Source: the human T2T-CHM13v2.0 reference genome, Homo sapiens. From it: DNA of 64,000 nt. The DNA is taken from NCBI RefSeq assembly GCF_009914755.1, contig NC_060926.1; one strand, 5' to 3'. Within the stretch, counting starts at the first letter, position 1; the number at the start of each line of letters is the position of its first letter. The notes below the pieces were generated by a model. The model was not told the DNA's origin, ran no database searches, and was given only the letters and a program-made list of their open reading frames with translations. Of the stretch, positions 56,786 to 64,000 are shown in pieces. The position numbers and the translations under genes were made by a program.

Positions 56786-58832
56786 ATATAAGCAATTTCT
56801 TTCCATTTGTGACAGTTATTTTGATGCCAAATATTAGAGGCTAGATATGCTTTACCTTTGCCCACATCTAGGCTCTCTCTGAGCTACTGATTCAAGTTTC
56901 TAAATTATTCTTTACAATTGAAGATGGGAATAAGACAGGTGTCAAACATTTTAATTCACTCCAGTGAGCCCAGTTAATGTTACATCATCTACCCAAGCAA
57001 AAGACTATGCTCTTCTCTCTTTCATTTGCTTCTCATTCTATTTTCCCTTTCCCTCTTCATCCACTTCTCTTTAAATGTAACTATTAAAGCTACTTTTATC
57101 AATCTTTGCATGTTTTCCAACCCCAAGGTCATTGGAGCTTAAGTTTTCCTGATAATCTTTTTTAAGGGATCTAAGTCTCTTTTGCTTATGTGCTCCTACG
57201 ATCATGCATAAAATTGTTCTGGCTTATTTGCAATCTATTTTTTTCTAAAATGAAACCCCATGAATGAATTTTAACAGCATTTCTCTTCTTTAACAGAAAC
57301 TCTAAGATGGTATTGTCATTTTTTCCAAGGTTCTTTTTTGTTCTATAGTCCCATTTATGTTTTATTTTTGGAATAGAACTATGTCCTTAACAAAAGTCCT
57401 CTAGATTCTTTCTCTGTTTTTTGAATGACAACAATTAGAGGAAGGTAAGACAAATATTTACCAGACGACCTACTTTGATTATAATGAGTTTCTAAAAAGA
57501 TGTTAACATTGTTGAAGTCCCTATAAATCTTTACTGTGTCTTCTTGCAAAAAAGAAACAGCCAGGTCCTCAATCTTGCCAAGTATTTTATAAAATATTCC
57601 CTAGCAAAGCATTTGTTTTTTTCTCCTTCTTGACTTTTTCTACTTGCTTCAATGGAAAAATTTTCCCAAAATCCAATACATTGATCATTTGAATTTTACA
57701 ACTATCAAGATTTTAGACAACTGCTGCCCAACATTGTTATTTAAGATTCATCCTATGTTTCAATAATTATAATTGTTTCTCTATAATATTCTTAAAATAA
57801 ATTTTATTCATATAATATTTCTTCTGTTTAATCAATTTAAAATAGTAAAGGTAAAAATCCTTTTTCTTGTCCCCTTTTTCAATTATGCTATGCATTGAAA
57901 CTCTTTTACCAAGACCACCATCTTATTTCAAGTATGCACTATTAGTAGGGACCAAAAATTAGGATCACCCAGTAGGTGATTTGCTATGATATTAGGCATA
58001 TTGATGATCCTGGAAGGGATGCAATCTAATCATATTCCATTCAATGAATAAATATGAGTTTTTATGAATAAAAAATGAGTCTTCAGTGAATGTTGTTAAT
58101 AGCACTATATAAAAAGAACACAGCATTCACTTTCCTAACTCCACCCATGTCTTACTTGAATGCCTTCCTCAGGAACACAGCTCTCATTCATCCTATTAAT
58201 ATGAATTTGGTGTATAAAATTAGAGCAAAATGGAATCATTCATCCCTTAGCTTGCATTCACTACCAAATTTATAATACAAATTACCAACATCAATAACAG
58301 TAATATCCACAAGCAAAAATAATCCCTGTAAATAAGTATAACTAAGTTAGGAATGAAAAAAAAAATAGACAGAATATTGATATAAATGCTCATTAACCCC
58401 TTCCTGAATTATTTAAAAAATAAAAGAGATGATTTATCAGATCATTTCCTATCATGAATTAAACAATTTCTAGGCATTTGAATAGATGTCTACTGAGGAA
58501 ATGTGAAAGTGGATTTTTGTGTAGGTGACGAATTATAAAACACGATAGAAATCTGTATTGCATTATTATAATAAAAAGCCATTAAAATATCTGGGGGGAT
58601 TAAGATAGTTAGGTCTGTAGGAGTTACTGCCACTTCAATGTACTTGTGTATATTGTAGGCATCCCACTTATTTTTTCATACAGCACTATAAATGTTCCTT
58701 GAAAGCTATCTTAACATTCAGATTATTTGAAATAACTGTACATTTGTCACAAAATCCAACAAGAATATTGTGAGTGCTTACTATGTGCATATCATTGCAC
58801 CACATTTGAAGGAAATAACCAAAATAAAAATA

Positions 58833-58867
<35 letters not shown>
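58833..58867. repeat. (TAAA)n microsatellite
   Basis: Seen directly. Confidence 0.92.
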
Positions 58868-59444
58868 GGACCATTCAGGCAGTTCCCAATTTAGAACAAT
58901 TCAACTTCTAGCAAGTCGTTAAATTTAAAATAGCTGGTTACACCCATGTTTTTTGAAGCTAACAAATAAATTTAGAACAAGCCCCTTGATTTGCTTCTTG
59001 GATGCTCAAGTGAAAAGTTCAGCCTGGAACATGCAAATGGTATCCTCGACCAGCATCTCTTGAGGATGTTGGATGTTGCAAAATTTAGAAGACAAAACGT
59101 AAGAAGTAACTAATAAAAATGAGACAGTGACTCAACAGGAGTGCCAGATTAGATGCTACCAAGTTTAGATTTCTTATGTGACTGGAACATTTTCATAACA
59201 TTATACTAAAAATATTTTAAATAGAAAATATTATTTTCATAATTATACAATTCTTCAAACGACAAAATTCATCTAACATACAAATTTTAGCATACATAAT
59301 TTTTAAATAGTTTTAAAAAATTAGTATATATAAAATATACTATGGTCAATATCCAACAGTAATTCAAAAACAAGCCATTAAAATTCAATTCTAGTGATGT
59401 CTATAGCTGACATAGTAGGGCTTTTGTTGTGGATTTCATATTAA

Positions 59445-59620
59445 TATATTCAACCAATATCTATTCTATTGAATGCCTCTGTTGTGTCTATTCCAGACAA
59501 TGTTCCAGAACTGAAGACACAAGAGTGAACAAAATATTATAGACAAAAAACAAATAAACAATTAAAATATATAATATTGCAGATGATGATTAATGCTGTG
59601 GATACAAATTAAGCAAATAA
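59445..59620 (-). mobile_element. L2 3' fragment
   Basis: attcaaccaatat...tattgaatgcct...ccagacaatgttccagaactgaagacacaagagtgaacaaaa. Confidence 0.6.
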
Positions 59621-60321
59621 AATTACAAACCAATTACCTGTATTTGTACTGTATTTGACCAATGACTAAAGCTTTTACATTTAAATACATAAATATGATG
59701 AGGGACCTACAAAACAAAACGAAGCAACAAAAAAAGAGATACTGTCATCTAGCAATATTCTTAAAGGTAAGAATGCAAAATAATAGGAGTAGCTTTCATA
59801 TAAATATTAGAACAATGCATTTCAATATTCTCTATAAACGTGTTTTTCTGGAATAAAGAGTTTTATTGTCCCAGGAAAGGAGATATATACTTGATATTTT
59901 TTTCCAAGATAATAGACTTAGAAGGTAAATCCAGGGGAGAACGACTATTGTAAAAATGTTTAATTACACTTGGCCTACCTAGGATAGAAAAGATCATTTA
60001 GTTGCTCATTTAGGCTTATCCCATTGTTTGAATAGGAATGAGACTAAGATAAATGAACGGAAAGGAAGTTGGAAAAAGGAAAAATCAGAGACATTGAAGA
60101 GAAGCATTTTCACATGTGCCTGGTGTCTGGATTTCTCCCCTAAGTCTTCGGCTGAGTTGGTGTCTGTTTTCAGTAGAAGTACAATGGGGTGACACAGTAA
60201 AACTTAAGTTCACAGGCTATGTTGAGGCACAGCAGATTATTTGATAAAGTTAAGGGAGGGAGGGGACAGGACAATGTGAAGCAGAGTCTTAGCAAATTAA
60301 AAGGATAAGAGAAGTATAGCT

Positions 60322-60458
60322 AGACTTTCCCACATTTTCCTGTCGTCTTCTGAACCCTCCAAACTGTTCCAACCTCTGCCTGTTACCCAGTTCCAAAATC
60401 GCTTCCACATTTTCAGGTATCTTTTCAGCAACATCCTACTCTACTGGTACCGATTCAC
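60322..60458 (-). mobile_element. THE1 internal (leader) fragment contiguous with the LTR
   Basis: Minus strand reads gtgaatcggtaccagtagag...ctgaaaagatacctgaaaatgtggaagcgattttggaactgggtaacaggcagagg, the start of THE1-int. Confidence 0.85.
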
Positions 60459-60812
60459 TGTATCCAGTTTATAAACCAACTAATGTCTTTTCATCAAAAC
60501 ACACCAGAGACTGGGAAGAAAAAGAGGTTTAATTGGACTTACAGTTCCACATGGCTTAGGAGGCCCCAGAATCATGGCAGGAGGTGAAAGGCACTTCTTA
60601 CATGGCAGCAGCAAGAGTAAATGAGGAGGAAACAAAAGCAGAAACCCCTGATAAACCCATCAGATCTCATGAGACTTATTCACTGTCACAAGAATAGCAT
60701 GGGAAAGACTGCCCCCCATGATTCAAATGTGGGTCCCTCCCACAACATGTGGGAATTCTGGAAGACACAATTCAAGTTGAGATTTGAATGGAGACACAGC
60801 CAAACCATATCA
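60459..60812 (-). mobile_element. THE1C-like MaLR 5' LTR
   Basis: gagactgggaagaaaaagaggtttaattggacttacagttccacatggc...cacagccaaaccatatca. Confidence 0.9.
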
Positions 60813-60890
60813 GAGAGGGAAGTGAGGGAAGAAGAGAGGGAGATGAGAGACAGTGAGAGAGAGAGAGAGAGAGAGAAAAAAAAAAAAAAA
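60813..60890. repeat. GA-rich / (GA)n plus A run
   Basis: Seen directly. Confidence 0.85.
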
Positions 60891-61389
60891 CATGAGTTTG
60901 TCAGGGGCAGAAATCAATGATAAATATCTTCTAAATAGCCTTAGCTTAAGACTAGAATCTGCTCAAGCATTCCTATGGACCCAGACTCTCCACTCTTCAG
61001 GTGAGACAGAAAGAAAATTGTGGACACCGCATGTACCTCTTTACTCGGATACCAGGAAATCATTTGAGTTTCCCTCACCCCATGCCCCATACACCAGTGT
61101 GTTGCAGAGGAGGAGAAACTTGAAGATATGGGCTCCAAAGACAAAGTCTTATCTGACATAGTTGTTTGGCTTTATTCCAATTTAACTAACAACAAAAAAG
61201 GCGAAATAATTTTTAGCCTTATATATTACCTAAAACCCAGTGGGTGGGAGTTTAAAAGGAAAAGAACAGTAATAACCCAATCAACTACCTGTCCTCTGCT
61301 CAGTCATGTGTCAGTGAGTAAATCTGATAGCCCACAACATCTTTGCATGCTGGCGAGCCAGCAGTTTTGAGAGAAACCCATATCATCTC

Positions 61390-61792
61390 TGTTATGCACT
61401 GAGTTGTTTTCCCTCAGAATCTTATATTGGAACCAGTACCTTATATTGAAGACTCTGGCACCTTAGAATGTAACTGTATACGGAGATAGGATCTTTAAGG
61501 AGGTAATTACGGTTAAATGAAATCCTAGGGGTGAGACCCTAACCCAAGGGGATTGATGTCTTTACAAGAAGAGGAAGAAACACTTGAGATTCATGCTCAC
61601 AGCGGAAAAGCCATGTGAAGACACGACGAGAGGGCAGCCATCTGCCAGCCAAGGAGAGACGCCTCAGGAGACACCTACTCTGTGGGTACCTTGCTCTTGG
61701 ACAGCCAGCCTCTAGAACTTTGAGAAAATAAACTTCTGCTGTTTAAGCCACTCAGGGTGTGCTATTTTGTTACTGCCTAGCTAACTGAGGCA
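61390..61792 (+). mobile_element. MLT1B-like MaLR solo LTR
   Basis: tgttatgcactgagttg...agaatgtaactgtatacggagatagg...gccatgtgaagacac...tgtttaagccactcag. Confidence 0.85.
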
Positions 61793-62400
61793 ATCCAATA
61801 ATCTGATTTACAAAGAAGAAAAGATAGGAAGAAGGATGACAACGTTATCACCCCAGATTTCTTTAAGAGACTTCCCCAAATTGCTATTTTTTTTTTCATC
61901 CTAGATAAGATATATTTTTCTAATGTACTAAAGAAAATTAAAAAAAAACAGGGATAGTAAAGAACTCCAAGCATACTATAATTTTTAAATATTGGTATGA
62001 CATTTTTGCCCCCGGTTATCTATTACAGGCAGAATTATACTGGGAACAATTAGATTTGATTAAAATATTTAAGATCATTTCTGCTTTTAAAAAAAAGAAA
62101 CTTAAAAAAAAAACCTAGTAGATTCCAGTGAGAAACAAAAGTACTTGCATATCAGTGTTTCTTAGAAAAAAAGAATTAGATTCAGTGTGCTACAGGATAA
62201 AAAAGATAAAACTTACTTTTTTATAATTATATGTTTAATAATTATAAACATTTTTATATGTTTTATAATTATTAGTGTCTTTTCCCATATATTATTTTAT
62301 GTATTAGTAAGTAATAAAGTCATCAAAAGGGGCATACATATGTACATTATTTTAATGTTTATGTTTTGGACACTCACTGCTTTAATTTTTATATAGTCAA

Positions 62401-62456
62401 ATCTATCTATATCTATATGTCTATCTATCTACCTATCATCTATCTATCTGTCTATC
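62401..62456. repeat. Degenerate (TCTA)n microsatellite (Alu tail derived)
   Basis: Seen directly. Confidence 0.85.
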
Positions 62457-62741
62457 ACAAACAGGTTCTCAGTCTGTCACTGAGACTGCAATGTAGTGGC
62501 ATGATCATGGTTCACTGCAGCCTCAAACTCCTGGGCTCAAGCAGTCCTCCTACCTCATTCTCCTGAGTACCTAGGATGACAGACACATGCCACCACACTC
62601 AGCTAATTAAAAAAAAAAAATTGTAGAGACACAGTTTTGCTATGTTGCCAAGTCTGGCCTCAAACTCCTGACTTCAAGCTCTCCTCCCCCATTGGCCTCC
62701 CAAAGCATTAGGATCACAGGCATGAACCACCATGCCTGGCT
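62457..62741 (-). mobile_element. AluJ SINE
   Basis: gtggcatgatcatggttcactgcagcctcaaactcctgggctcaagc...ccaccatgcctggc. Confidence 0.9.
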
Positions 62742-63750
62742 CAACGTAACTATTATAACTTACATTATGTCCATTTTTAGAAATGTTTTATCATCTAAAA
62801 ATACTTAAATATTTATCTAGATTTTTTCCAGTATGTATAGTTTGATTTTTTATATTTACCTTCTCAATCTATTTGGAGTTGTTGTTTTTTTACTTTATAG
62901 TGTAAAGCATACATTTACATTTTTATCCAAACAATAGTTTTATTCCAGACAATATTTCTGAACAACTATATAGAATTCATCAGTTTAGACATGCATATCT
63001 TCTAGACATGAGTTGTACCTATCAATCCTCTTTAACTCAAAGCACAGTCCAAAGAAGGAGCCGTAGATATCACATTGAAGGGAAAAAGAATTTACCTGAG
63101 AGAGCAACAGCAAAAACAGCACAATTAACAGAGAAGGCATTCTCAGGGAATAGATGGAAATTATTTTGCAAAAACACACTCCCTAATGCTTCATGCAGTT
63201 GTGCACAAGAACCTGAACATCTAAAATTATAGAGCCTAGGATCAACTGAACTTCAAGCTATTAAGGCCTGACATTCTGGGAATTCTCTGATGTGGGTGTT
63301 ATTAAACTCTCTCATGGATCACCGCCATCATTCCAACAGAGAGCAGCATGCAACATGGAACACAACAAAAAACCCTGAGTGGGGAGGATGCCCAGAGTCA
63401 CGTCTCTTAGACACATCTGCCAAGAGGATTCATTAATTTCTTATTTTCTAGGCACTTAATGTCAGATCAGAACAAAATATTTTGTAACAGCTTTATTCAA
63501 TAATGTTTAAAATATAATTTTTGTTTCACTGTTTAATTTCTCAGTTCATTTTTCTGTGCTCTATGAAAAACCCTGAGTTAAAATAACTGTCCTGGCTAAT
63601 TTGAAAAATACATTTAATATTTTAGTTAGAGCAACTCTAATTGATGATTGCAATAGTTCTTATGTGTAAATTCGTTTAAAGTTTCTCAACGGCTTTTCAT
63701 TCATTGGATTTAAATCCAAGTTCCTCAACATTGTTTTTAAGGACCTTGCC

Positions 63751-63878
63751 TTTTTTAAAATACATAGAGGTGGTGTCTATGCTGACCAGGCTGGTCACAA
63801 ACTCCTGGCCTCAAGCGATCCTCCCATCTCAGCCTCCGAAAGTGCTGGGATTACAGGTATGAGCCACTGTGCCCAGCC
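63751..63878 (-). mobile_element. FLAM-C / Alu left monomer
   Basis: aactcctggcctcaagcgatcctccc...gagccactgtgcccagcc; flanks ggaccttg/ggcccttg. Confidence 0.85.
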
Positions 63879-64000
63879 ATGGCCCTTGATTTTTTATCCT
63901 TCTATATTCTCTCTCAAATTATGCAAAAATACTGAATTCCTAATAATTATTCAATGTGTCGTGCTTTTCATAGGCTCTTGCGCATTACTGCTTGTATCTC

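Overview
AT-rich, CpG-poor primate (very probably human) genomic DNA from inside the ERBB4 (HER4) receptor tyrosine kinase gene, which runs on the minus strand. The only coding sequence is one 187-nt internal exon at 15721-15907 ([62 protein letters not shown], the L1 domain; recognised as exon 3) with canonical splice sites. Everything else is intron (1-15720 downstream, 15908-64000 upstream) filled with Alu, L1, L2, MIR, MaLR/ERV LTRs, hAT DNA-transposon relics and microsatellites. The other ORFs in the track are repeat-derived or chance ORFs. I find no support for a new gene system. The best second-look items are: a small L1 3' transduction (21530-21797); a twin-primed inverted L1 (about 38007-42520); an almost symmetric inverted Alu pair bracketing the frameshifting exon; a sense-oriented THE1C LTR with leader upstream of the exon; a near-abutting inverted Alu pair; and several template-switch scars. 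Repeat subfamily names are by eye from remembered consensus sequences and need RepeatMasker/Dfam confirmation; boundaries of old repeats are approximate.
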